A program made the translations under genes and the position numbers. Under the pieces are notes generated by a model. It did not search any database. It saw only the letters and a list, made by a program, of their open reading frames with translations, and was not told where the DNA came from. A DNA stretch of 63,148 bases, filler included, from Chiloscyllium plagiosum (lineage: Eukaryota), in the NCBI RefSeq assembly GCF_004010195.1. It is 6 parts of one record of this genome, joined end to end, with 100 filler letters (N's around TTAATTAATTAA, not from the genome) between each part and the next. Parts side by side here need not be neighbours in the genome. Positions count along the whole stretch, not along the records: positions 32,196 to 41,778 come from NC_057714.1; positions 41,879 to 51,547 come from NC_057714.1; 4 more parts are not named here. One strand, 5' to 3'. The stretch's first letter is position 1. Each line of letters begins with the position of its first letter. Below, one piece after another: positions 37,651-49,447 of the stretch.

Positions 37651-37902
37651 TGGTTCAGAACAGCGCAGTCTAGCTCAGGTGACCAAGGAAGACCAAAGGA
37701 GCAAGAAGTTTTTAAAGCTGCAGGCTCCATGCTGTCACTATACGTGACTGACCCGAGTGGTGCTCACCGTGAACAGCTGTCAATACAAAACGTTCTGCCA
37801 AGTACCAAATGGGTAGTGTGGTACATGAATATCAGTGCCAGTGAGATGCACCCCAAAGGCCACAAATCAAACAGCATGTCCTTTAGGTGTTTGCGGCAAA
37901 GT

Positions 37903-38354
37903 GGGTAAAAACCAGGACTGCAGATGCTGGAAACCCAGAGTCTAGTTAGAGTGGGGCTGGAAAAGCACAGCAGTTCAGGCAGCATCCGAGGAGCAGGAAA
38001 ATCAACGTTTCGGGCAAAAACCCGTAATCAGGAATAGAGGCAGGGAGCCTGAAGCGAGGAGAGATAAGTGGGGAGAAGGTTCCATCTTCCAGCTCAGCAC
38101 CATCCTCATGACCTGTCCTACCTGCCAATCTCCCTTCCCACCTATCCACTCCACCCTCTCCTCTCTGACCTATCACCTTTAACCCCACCCCCATCCACCT
38201 ATTGTACTCTATGCTACTTTCTCCCCACCCCCCACCCCCCTCCCATTTATCTCTCCACCCTTCAGGCTCCCTGCCTCTATTCCTGATGAAGGGCTTTTGC
38301 CTGAAACATCGATTTTCCTGCTCCTCGGATGCTGCCTGAACTGCTGTGTTTTTA
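37903..38354. mobile_element. Longer inverted-repeat copy of the family with internal pyrimidine-rich spacer
   Basis: Arms ~37960-38070 and ~38240-38350; TSD gtttgcggcaaagt (37889-37902) / gtttgctgcaaagt (38355-38368); hammerhead core at 38283-38310. Confidence 0.8.
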
Positions 38355-38746
38355 GTTTGCTGCAAAGTACTGACCAAACACACCAAGCCTACACTGGCAC
38401 AGTGTCTAACATTAGGTGTGATTCCACTATTTGACAGTAGCTGTTAAATAAATCCAAAGAATTATGCTGACAACCAATTTAAGACTGACAGTCAGTCAGC
38501 ATAACAGAATACTGGACTGCACTAGAAGCCACGTACATTAATACACAGTGCCCTGTTCTTTGCAAACAGCAAGGATATGTCCATGGTTCCTCTGTGTCCA
38601 CTTCTGTGGTACTCCACTCATAACAGCTCGTCACCCAGAAAACGAGCCAGTCATCTTGCCTGTATTGTCTGTCAGTCAGCAAAGCCTCTACCTGTGCTAA
38701 TCTATCACACCCCAGCACCATGTTGTCCATCGGAGATGCACTGTAC

Positions 38747-38866
38747 CTTCTGCAAAATATCCAGTTCTTCAGGGCTCATGTCACGGTCAATGGAAGAGAT
38801 GCTCTCCATACTGTTCTTTCTGCCCATTCCAGCAGCAAAAGGGTTAACAATGATCCCTGGAGATGC
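38747..38866 (-). CDS. SCRIB: Scribble-like exon immediately after PDZ4 (ASPGIIVNPFAAGMGRKNSMESISSIDRDMSPEELDILQK)
   Basis: Acceptor ctttttcag, donor gtacag, 120 nt, phase 0-0. Matches the recalled SCRIB motif VSPGVIANPFAAGIGHRNSLESISSIDRELSPE. Confidence 0.92.
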
Positions 38867-38919
38867 CTGAAAAAGGTACAGAGTGATTTACAACCTAAAG
38901 TAAAATCTAACACGCAGCT

Positions 38920-39020
38920 GACGGTGCGGCGCTCCCTCGGCACTGACCCTCCGACAGTGCCCACTCCCTCTGCACTGACCCTCCGACAGTGCCCACTCCC
39001 TCTGCACTGACCCTCCGACT
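38920..39020 (+). repeat. Short 33-bp tandem repeat
   Basis: cactgaccctccgacagtgcccactccctctg repeated about 2.5 times. Confidence 0.8.
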
Positions 39021-39419
39021 GTTAAAGCTAATTCAGGCACTGAAGTGGGGAAAGTGAAAGATGTGAAGCAGTGATCTGAAGTGAAAAAAATAAGATGTCT
39101 GTCAAAGAGTAGAAAGGAAGGATCTGCGGAGGGTCACTGGACCTGAAACATTCACTCTGATTTCTCCACTGGTGCTGCCAAACCAAACCTACCAAAACAG
39201 CAATTTCTGTGTTTTCTATTAGAAAGGAAGATGTTCATGGTATGCACGTCAGTGGCCAATCATCATTCATCAACCATCCCAATATTCTTCCTAAAATGAA
39301 TAAAGCCGGTGGAGCAAACTGGATGAATTGGTGTTGGAACTTCAGCCTGGAGTGCTGCAACTTTGAAACATGGCTGCAAGGAATTCAGGACTGGCAAAGA
39401 AATTTACTCAGTTGTAAGG

Positions 39420-41778
39420 TCTAGAGGGGGACCAATATCCTGGCAGGAAGGTTTGCTAAAGGCTGTTGGGAGGGTTTAAACTAGTCTGGCATTGGCATGG
39501 GACCCTAAACAGCAATGAGACAAAAGAGGAAGTTGAGGCTATTAAAGACATTTAAAAATGGCAAGTTAATCAGGCAAGAGTACAGTCAGGGAACAAGGGG
39601 AGACTAATAAATCAAACTGCAGTTATTTCAACACAACAGGCCTGACAGGTGTGCCAGATGAACTCAGGACATGGATGAGTACATGGGACTGGGATATTAT
39701 AGTCATTACAGAAACATGGCTGAGGGAGGGACAGGACTGGCAGCTCATTGTTCCAGAGGGGGTGAGGGAGAACGGAGCTTTTGATCAGGGAGAACATCAC
39801 AGCACTACCGAGGGAGGATCTTCCTGGAGAATCATCCACTGAGTGTATGTGGGGGGGAACTGAGAAAGAAGGGGGTGATCACTTTAATGGGATTGTACTA
39901 TAGGACCCCAATAGTCAGCGGGAAATTGAGGAACAAGTGTGTAAGGAGATTGCAGATAGCTGCAAGAATAATAGAGTCAGAACAATGTGGAGTATTGAGG
40001 ACTCTGGTCAGACCACATTCAGAGTATTGTGAACAATTTTGGGCCCCATATCTCAGGCAGAATGTACTGGCCCCGGGGTGGATCCAGAGGAGGGTCACGA
40101 GAATGATCCCAGGAATGAAAGGCCTAACATGAGGAATGTTTGAGGATTCCTGGACTATACTCAATGGAGGTTAGAAGGATGAGGAGGAACCTGATTGAAA
40201 CTTTCAGAATACTGAACAGCCTGGACAGTGTGGACATTGGGAAGATGTTTCCATTGGTAGGAGAGACTAGGACCCAAGGGCATAGCCTAACAGTAAAGGG
40301 TTAGAGCAGAGATAAGAAGAAACGTCTTCAGCCAGAGAGTGGTGAATCTGTGGAATTCATTGCCACAGAAGGCTGTGGAGGCCATGTCACTGAGTATATT
40401 TAATATTGAGATAGATAGGTTCTTGATTGCCAACGGGATCAAGGGTTACAGGGAAAAGCACGAAAATGGGGATGGAAAACCTATCAGCCATGACTGAACG
40501 GTGGAATAGGCTCAATGAGCTGAATGGCCAAGTTTCTGCTCCTATGTCTGATGGGATTTTAACATTGCTAAAGCGACTGGGACACTCTAACCTTCTGAAG
40601 CGTATTCCACCCAGACTCATCCCTGAACACTATGGGTAAGTTAGCCAATAATATGGCCAATCCACCTAACTTGCACATCTTTGGACTGAGAGGGGAAACC
40701 GGAACACTAAGAGGAAACCTACACAGACACTGGGAGAATGTGCCAACTCCACGCAGACAGTCACCTGAGGTGGGAATCGAACCTGGGTCCCTGGTGCTGA
40801 GAGGCAGCAGTGCTAACCACCGAGCCACTGTGCTGCCCAGACTTGCCTTTCCAAAATGCAGCACCTCAAACTTTTCTAAATTAAACTCCATCTGCCTGTC
40901 CTCCGCCCATCAGCCCCTCTGATCAAGATCCTGTTGTATTCTGACATAACCTTCCGTATTTGCCCAGATTTAACTCCATCTGCCATTTCCCTGCCCATCT
41001 CTCCAATCTATCTATATTCTGCTGTATTCTCTGATAGTCCCCTTCACTATCTGCTACTCCACCAATCTTAGTGTTATCTGTAAACTTTCTAATGAGGCAA
41101 CCTACACCTTCCTCCAGGTCATTTATGTCTATCACAAACAATAGGGGTCCCAGCACGGATCCCTGTGGGACATCACTGGTCACAGGTCTCCATTTGGAGA
41201 AGGTCCCTTCCACTCCTACTCTCTGTCTCCTGCTGCCCAGCCAGTTCTCTATCCATCTCGCTAGCACACCCTGGACCCCATGCGACTTCACCTTCATCAG
41301 CCTACCATGGGGAACCTTTATCAAATGTCTTACTAAAGTCCATGGATATGACAGCTACATCCCTTCCCTCTTCAATCAACTGAGATGAGTGGTTGCCATC
41401 GGGATTTTACCTTGCATATTGATTAGGATAAGCAGACTGCTATATTTCAGAACAAATCGTGCGCTTCTGGAAAGTATCTAAGATAGTTTAGAACATAGAA
41501 CATAGAAGAATACAGCGCAGTACAGGCCCTTCGGCCCTCGATGTTGCGCCAATCCAAGCCCACCTAACCTACACTAGCCCACTATCCTCCATATGCCTAT
41601 CCAATGCCCGCTTAAATGCCCATAAAGAGGGAGAGTCCACCACTGCTACTGACAGGGCATTCCATGAACTCACGAATCGCTGAGTAAAGAACCTACCCCT
41701 AACATCTGCCCTTTACCTACCACCCCTTAATTTAAAGCTATGACCCCTTGTAATAGCTGACTCCATACATGGAAAAAG
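39420..41778. mobile_element. CR1 fragments (degenerate endonuclease and 3' end on +, RT and tail on -)
   Basis: [25 protein letters not shown], atagaac tail repeats. Confidence 0.8.
40575..40838 (-). mobile_element. HE1-type V-SINE
   Basis: Reverse complement of gggcagcacagtggctcggtggttagcactgctgcctctcagcaccagggacccaggttcgattccc. Confidence 0.8.
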
Positions 41779-41878
41779 NNNNNNNNNNNNNNNNNNNNNN
41801 NNNNNNNNNNNNNNNNNNNNNNTTAATTAATTAANNNNNNNNNNNNNNNNNNNNNNNNNNNNNNNNNNNNNNNNNNNN

Positions 41879-42625
41879 ACCCAGCCCGCCCCGTGACCCT
41901 GACCCCGACCGTACCCAGCCCGCCCCGTGACCCTGACCCCGACCGTACCCAGCCCGCCCCGTGACCCTGACCCCGACCGTACCCAGCCCGCCCCGTGACC
42001 CTGACCCCGACCGTACCCAGCCCGGACCCTCACCCCGACCCCGACCGTACCCAGCCCGCCCCGTGACCCTGACCCCGACCGTACCCAGCCCGCCCCGTGA
42101 CCCTGACCCCGACCGTACCCAGCCCGCCCCGTGACCCTGACCCCGACCGTACCCAGTCCGCCCCGTGACCCTGACCCCGACCGTACCCAGCCCGCCCCGT
42201 GACCCTGACCCCGAGCCCCGTGACCCTGACCCCGACCGTACCCAGCCCGCCCCGTGACCCTGACCATGACCGTACCCAGCCCGTCCCTTGACCCTGACCC
42301 CGACCGTACCCAGTCCGCCTCGTGGCCCTGACTGTACCCAGCCCGCCCTTTGACCCTGATCCCGACCGTACCCAGTCCACCCCGTGTCCCTGACCCTGAC
42401 CCCGACCGTACCCAGCCCGCCCCGTGACCCTGACCGTACCCAGTCCACCTCGTGTCCCTGACCCCGACCGTACCCAGTCCGCCCTGTGACCCTGACCCCG
42501 ACCGTACCCAGCCTGCCCCGTGACCCTGACCCCGACCGTACCCAGCCCGCCCAGTGACCCTGACCCCGACCGTACCCAGTCCGCCCTGTGACCCTGACCG
42601 TACCCAGCCCGCCCCGTGACCCTGA
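41879..42625. repeat. 34-bp GC-rich minisatellite (~20 units)
   Basis: Unit acccagcccgccccgtgaccctgaccccgaccgt, more degenerate toward 42625. Confidence 0.92.
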
Positions 42626-43597
42626 ATGTCCTCAGATGTTTGAGCTTGGTGTAATAAGTGTAACGATGGTGTTGTAGCTGTTACATAGACTTGGTTGAGA
42701 GAGGAAAACACTTGGCAGTTTAGATGTTTCACATAGACAGGAATGTGAGAATTGGCAGCATTACTGTGGTGAGGGAGGACACCCTGGGGGCAGAGAGAGG
42801 CCATATGGGTGCAATGCAGGAAATGGGAAGGATGTAACACTTTGATGGGGTTGTATTACAGGCCTCCCAATAGCCAATGGGTCAGAGAGGAACAATTTGT
42901 GGTCAGAGATTATTGACAAATGTAACAACAAGTTTGTTGTTTTGGATGAGTGTAACTTCCGCTAGATTGATGGGACTCCATTAGCACCATGGGCTTGGAT
43001 TGAGGGGAATTTGTTTGGTGTGCCCAGGGTGGTTTCTAAAACAGTATGCGAGTAGTCCAGCTCAGGAAGGGGCAATTCTAGACCTAGTATTGGGGAATGG
43101 GCCTGGCCAGGTGATCGATGTTTCAGTGGCGGAGCACCATGGGAACAGTGACCATAATTCAGTACAGTTTACATTACTTATAGATAAAGACAACAGCAGT
43201 CCTTGGGTGACAGTATTACCCTGGGGTGAGAGTGACTACCACATTATTATGCAAGTCCTGGGAAATGGAGATTGGGAGCAGCCGTTTGCAGGTGAACCCA
43301 CATCGGACATGTGGAAATCTTTTCAAGGCCAGTTGATTCGAGTTCAAGACCAGTGAAAATGGAGTTTGGAAAAATCCAAGAACCTTGGCTAAGAGGGATC
43401 CTGTAAGTGAAGACAGTTTTCGTAGGGAAGGGCAAAACGTGGCAGCACAGACGTGAAGGGCTGAAGGGCCTGTTCCTGTGTTGTGCTGTTCTTTGCTCTT
43501 GGCTGACAAGCCCAACTGAGAGCTTTAGTCAAAAGGAAAAGAGAAGTGTATGTAAGGATTAGGAAACTGAGGACAGACAGAGCCCTCAAAGAATACA

Positions 43598-43987
43598 GAA
43601 ATAACAGCAAAGAACTCAAACAAGGGACTGGGGCAAAAGGAGCCCTGAAATGACCTTGGCAAACAGGATTACAGAGAATTCCATGTTCTACATACATAAG
43701 GAGCAGGATCGCCACGGAAAGGGTAGATGCACTCTGACAGAGCAGGGTCTTTATGCACAGAGTCTGAAGAAGTAGGCAAGTCTAAAATTAGAAATAACAG
43801 CAAAGAACTCAAACAAGGGACTGGGGCAAAAGGAGCCCTGAAATGACCTTGGCAAACAGGATTACAGAGAATTCCATGTTCTACATATATAAGGAGCGGG
43901 AGGAGGGTCGCCACGGAAAGGGTAGATGCACTCTGACAGAGCAGGGTCTTTATGCAGAGTCTGAAGAAGTAGGCAAGTCTAAAATTA
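43598..43987 (+). repeat. ~195-bp tandem duplication within a CR1 remnant
   Basis: 43598-43790 and 43791-43987. Confidence 0.9.
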
Positions 43988-44303
43988 GGGAGCAGCATGG
44001 TGACTCAGTGGTTAGCACTGCAGCCTCACAGCGCCAGGGTCCCAGGTTCGATTCTAGCCTTGGTGACTGACTGTGTGGAGTTTGCACATTCTCCCTGTGT
44101 CTGTGTGAGTTTCCTCTGGGTGCTCCGGTTTCTTCCCACAGTCCAAAGATGTGCAGGTCAGGGTGGATTGTCCATGCTAAACTGCCCATAGTGTTAGCTG
44201 CATTAGTCAGAGGGAAGTGGGTCTGGGTGGGTTACTCTTCGGAGGATCGGTGTGGACTGGTTGGGCCAAATGGGCTGTTTCCACACTGTAGGGAGACTAA
44301 TCT
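43988..44303 (+). mobile_element. HE1-type V-SINE
   Basis: Same head, V-domain and tail motifs. Confidence 0.85.
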
Positions 44304-46942
44304 CGAATGAATAATCTACATTGTTATTCCCAAAGGAGAAGGACAGAGCCAGAAACTCAGAGAACATGGAAACAGGCCCTGCAGCCCAACTCATCCATAA
44401 CAGGCAGGTTTCCGAAACGGAAATGGTCCCATTTGCCTGCATTTGGCCCATATCCCTTGAAACCTTTCCAATCCATGTACCTGTCCAAATGTCTTTTAAA
44501 ACGTTGCAATCGTACCACCTTCTACCATTTCCTCTGGTAGCTCATTCCACATACACACCATCGTTTGGATGAAAACGTTGCCCCCAAGGTCCTTTTCAAA
44601 ACTTTCCCCTCTGTTTTTCGAGCCCTCTCCAATTTAATAATATCATTCCTGTAGCACAGTGAGCAGGATTGCTCATCCTACTCTAGAAGAGGCCTCACCA
44701 TTGTCATGTACAACCTCAACATGACATCCCAACTCCTTCCCTCAAAGGGCTGAGCGATGAAGGCAAGCATTCTAAATGCCTTCTTAACCACCATGTGGCG
44801 CAAATTTCAGAGAACTCCTAGGTATCTGTTTTACAACATTAACATTAATTGTAAAGTCCTGTCCTAGTTTGTCTTACCAAACTAGAGTCTTCACTCCAAA
44901 TGGACACTTTTGACCTAGTTATTTCTCTTGGTTCATCCCTTGCACCTTACATGTTTATAAACACCTTTGTATTTTCCATTACTTTATTCACCAGCACTTT
45001 TTCACATCCTCTCTTTGTGCTCGGAATCTCATCTTTAAGTAACCTCCTGGATTTTCTCTGTTCCTCTAGGGCATCCCTATTAAAGTTCACAGTTGTGAAG
45101 ACGTATCAGTGGATTCCCAACATTCAGGGTTTTCTCTCCACATATGCTGCCAGGCAGCAGCAATTCACATTTTTGTTTATCCCAGTTTATTTAGTCCCTC
45201 ATTGTTGGGGAAATCACTCCAGCCGGGCACCATTCTCTACACTGTCTCTAATGCAATCATATTCTTCTGACAGTGCAGTGACCAGAACTGCACACAGTAC
45301 TCCAGCTGGGGCCCAAATGATGTTACATGCAGCTCCAACATATCCTCCCTGTTCTTATATTCAATGCCCTGTCCAATACAGGCACCTCTCCCACATAAAC
45401 ACCTTATCCATCTGTCCTGTTGTCTTCAACGAGCTGTGGACATGCACACCAAGGTCTCTCTGATCCTCTGTACATTCTCAGGTTCTTTCATATTTCACAC
45501 CAAAGTATCAGTGAATCAAATGATTAAAGACTCATATCTGAAATGGTGAGGCCTTCTGAAGGAAACCCACATGGATCATCCACATTACCCCATGATGGGC
45601 TCATTCATAAAGTCAGGAAGTATGGGATACAGGGAGACTCGGCTATCGGGGTTCAGAATTGGCTGGCTGACAGAAGGCAGAGAGTGGTTGTAGATGGAAA
45701 GTATTCTGTGTGGAGGTCAATGTTGAGTTGGGTCCCGCTCTTGGGCCTCTGCTCTTTGTAGTTTTTATAAATGACTTGGATGAGGAGGTTGAGGGGTAGG
45801 TTAGTAAATTTGCAGATGACACACAAGTTGGAGGTGCCGTTGATAGTATCGAGGGCTATTGCAGGCTGCAGCGTGACATAGACAGGATGCAGAGCTGGGC
45901 TGAGAAATGGCAGATGGAGTTCAACCTGGATAAATGTGAAGTGATGCATTTTGGAAGATCGAACTCGAATGCTGAATATAGGATTAAAGACAGGATTCTT
46001 GGTGGAGGAACAGAGGGATCTTGGTGTTCAAGTGCATAGATCCCTCAAAGTTGCCACCCAAGTGGATAGGGAAAGCATATGGTGTTTTGGCTTTCATTAA
46101 CAGGGGGATCAAGTTTAAGAGCCACGAGGGTTTGCTGCAGCTCTACAAGTCCCTGGTGAGACCACACTTGGAATATTGTGTCCAGTTCTGGTTCCCCTAT
46201 TATAGGAAAGATACAGAGGCTTTGGAGAAGGGTGCAAAGAAGGTTTACCAGGTTGCTGTCTGGACTGGAGGGCTTGCCTTATGAAGACAGGTTGACTAAG
46301 CTCAGACGTTTTTCTCTGGAGAGAAGGAGGAAGAGAGGAGACCTGATCGAAGTACACAAGATAATGAGAGGCATGGATAGAGTCAATAGTCAGAGACTTT
46401 TCCCCAGGGCAGGATTGACTGGGACGAGGGATCATAGTTTGAAGATATTAGGAGAAAGGTATAGAGGGGACGTCAGAGGTAGGTTTTTTTACGCAGAGAG
46501 TTGTGAATGCATGGAATGCGTTGCCAGCGGTGATGGTGGAAACAGAGTCATTGGGGACATTTAAGCGACTGCTGGACATGCACATGGATAGCAGTGAGTT
46601 GAGGGGTGTGTAGGTTAAGTTACTATATCTTACATTAGGATTAAACCTCGGCACAGCATGGTGGGCCAAAGGGCCTGTTCTGTGCTGTACTTTTCTATGT
46701 TCTAATATTGTTACGAATGCTTCAGCCTGAACTTTTCCGTCATTGAGGATGGGAATATATGTGCATCCTTCTCCTCTAGTGAGTTGTTTAATTGTCCACC
46801 ACATGCACAACAGGGTGTGGCAGGACTACAGGACTTCGATCTGATCTGTTGGTTGTGGAATCACTTAACTCTGTCTATTTGTTTAAATCAAATATCTCCA
46901 ACCGAACAATTGGGGCTAAGAGCCAGAACATTGACAATGTGA

Positions 46943-49249
46943 TGTCGGTTTGCTCACTGAGCTGGAAGGTTCGTTTTCAGACGTTTCATCACCATACTAG
47001 GTAACATCTTCAGTGAGCCTCCTGATGAAGCATTGGTGGTGCAGCCGGCTTTCTATTTGTGTGTTTGGGTTTCCTTGCGTTGGTGATGTCATTTCCTGTG
47101 GTGACAGCATTTCCTATGGTGACGTCATTTCCTATTCTTTTTCTCAGGGATTGGCAAATGGGATCCAAGTCAATGTGTTTGCTGATAGAGATCCAGTTGG
47201 AATGCCATGTTTCACGGAATTCTTGTGCGTGTCTCTGTTTGGCTTGTCCTGGGATAGATGTGTTGACCCAGTCATAGAGTCATAGAGATGTACAGCATGG
47301 AAACAGACCCTTCGGTCCAACTTGTCCATGCCGACCAGATATCCCAACCCAATCTAGTCCCACCTGCCAGCACTTGGCCCATATCCCTCCAAACCCTTCC
47401 TATTCATATACCCATCCAAATGCCTCTTAAATGTTGTAATTGTACCAGTCTCCACCACTTCCTCTGGCAGCTCATTCCATACACGTACCACCCTCTGTGT
47501 GAAAAGGTTGTCCCTTAGGTCTCTTTTATATCTTTACCCTCTCACCCTACACATATGCCCTCTAGTTCTGGACTCTCCACCCTCAGGGAGAAGACTTTTC
47601 CTATTTACCCTACCCATGCCCCTCAATTTTGTAAACCTCTATAAGGTCACCCCCTTAGCCTCCGACACTCCACGGAAAACAGTCCCAGCCTGTTCAGCCT
47701 CTCCCTATAGCTCAAATCCTCCAACCCTGGCAACATCCTTGTAAATCTTTTCTCCTTCTTCACTATCCTATCTACCTGCGACTCCACTTTCAAGGAGCTA
47801 TGAACCTGCACTCCAAGGTCTGTTTGTTCAGCAACACTCTCTAGGACATTACCATTAAGTGTATAAGTCCTGCTAAGATTTGCTTTCCCAAAATGCAGCA
47901 CCTCGCATTTATCTGAATTAAACTCCACCTGCCACGTCTCAGCCCATTGGCCCATCTCGTCCAGATCCTGCTGTAATCTGAGGTAACCCTATTCGCTGTC
48001 CACTACACCTCCAATTTTGGTGTCATCTGCAAACTTACTAACTGAACCTCTTATGCTTGCATCCAAATCATTTACGTAAATGACAAAAAGTAGAGGGCCC
48101 AGCACCGATCCTTGCGGCACTCCACTGGTCACAGGCCTCCAGTCTGAAAAACAACCCTCCACCACCACCGTCTTCTACCTTTGAGCCAGCTCTGTATCCA
48201 AATGGCTAGTTCTCCCTGTATTCCATGAGATCTAACCTTGTTAACCAGTCTCCTATGGGGAACGCTGTCGAATGCCTTACTGAAGTCCATACAGATCACA
48301 TCTACTGCTCTGCCCTTATCGATCCTCTTGGTTACTTCTTCAAAAACTCAATCAAGTTTGTGAGACATGATTTCCCACGCTCAAAGCCATATTGCCTATT
48401 CCGAATCAGTCCTTGCCTTTCAAAATACATGTCAAAGTGACGTCCTTCCTCATCCGTATGTAAGGACACTAGTGAGAGTGGGTCATGTCTTTGTGTGGCC
48501 AGTTGATGTTCATGTATCCTAGTGGCTAGCTTTCTGCCCGTTTGCCCAATGTAGTGTTTGTTACAGTTCTTGCAAGGAATTCTGTACATGGCATTAGATT
48601 TGCTTGTTGTCTGTATGGGGTCTTTCAAGTTCATTCACTGCCCTTTTAGCGTGTTAGTGGGCTACCATGATGCCAAGGGGTTGAGTAGTCTGGCAATCAT
48701 TTCCGAGATGTCTTTGATGTAGGGGAGAGTGGCGCGTGTTTCTGGTCGTGTTTTGTCGGCTTGTTTGGGTTTGTTGCTGAGAGATCGGTGGACTGTGTTC
48801 ATCGGGTACCCGTTCTTTTTGAATACACATTATAGGTGATTTTCCTCTGCTCTGCGTAGTTCCTCTGTGCTGCAGTGTGTGGTTGCTTCTATAGTTCAGT
48901 ATTTGGTCCAATATTTGAATATATTGACTGGGACAACACATCCATCCTAGGATGAGACACGCACGAGAATTCCTAGAAGCATGGCATTCCAACCGGAACT
49001 CGATCAACAAACACATAGACTTGGACCCCATTTACCACCCTCTGAGAAAAAGAACAGGAAATGACATCACCAACCCAAAGAAACCCAAACACATAAATAA
49101 AAAGCAGGAATTACCAACAATGCTTCGCCTGGAGGCTAGCCGAAGATGTTACCTCGTATGGTGACGAAACTCTGAAAATGAACTTTCCAGCTCAGCGCGC
49201 AAATCTACATCCAGAACCTCAACATGAGCCACACATCTTCTCAAAACTT
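46943..49249 (-). mobile_element. Penelope-like element with inverted terminal repeats, interrupted by a CR1 insertion (47272-48430)
   Basis: GIY-YIG peptide AMYRIPCKNCNKHYIGQTGRKLATRIHEH (48332-48634) and REFLEAWHS; TSD attgacaatgtga (46930-46942) / attgataatgtga (49250-49262); intact hammerhead core at 46980-47013 (-). Confidence 0.88.
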
Positions 49250-49383
49250 ATTGATAATGTGAGTTTGTTCCCGGACTACATGTTAAACATGGACTGTGGC
49301 GATATGTATGTGTACAGGCATGTGTACCCAGAGGGTCTCATACAGAGCTGGATGCCAGCAACTGAGACAAATCAATTCCTTAC

Positions 49384-49447
49384 CAGCACTTCCAGTTCAT
49401 TGCTACCAAGATCTAACTCCTCCAGCTTCACCAGGAAAGATAGGGAC
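49384..49447 (-). CDS. SCRIB: Scribble-like gene, LRR-region exon (SLSFLVKLEELDLGSNELEVL)
   Basis: Acceptor tttgtttgtcctgcag, donor gtaagg, 64 nt. The peptide is near-identical to the recalled SCRIB LRR segment SLSFLVKLEQLDLGGNDLEVL and closer to SCRIB than to LRRC1. Confidence 0.9.

Larger units (their letters stand above)
42630..46705. mobile_element. CR1 fragments (degenerate endonuclease 42630-43990; RT to 3' tail 45590-46705)
   Basis: GAILDLVLGN...SDHNSV; KFADD; tail ctgtacttttctatgttcta. Confidence 0.8.

Noticed and set aside
41827..42840. 337-aa Gly/Arg-rich ORF, and a CRISPR-like appearance of the array
   Set aside because: Translation of a 34-bp minisatellite; the units are contiguous with no unique spacers.
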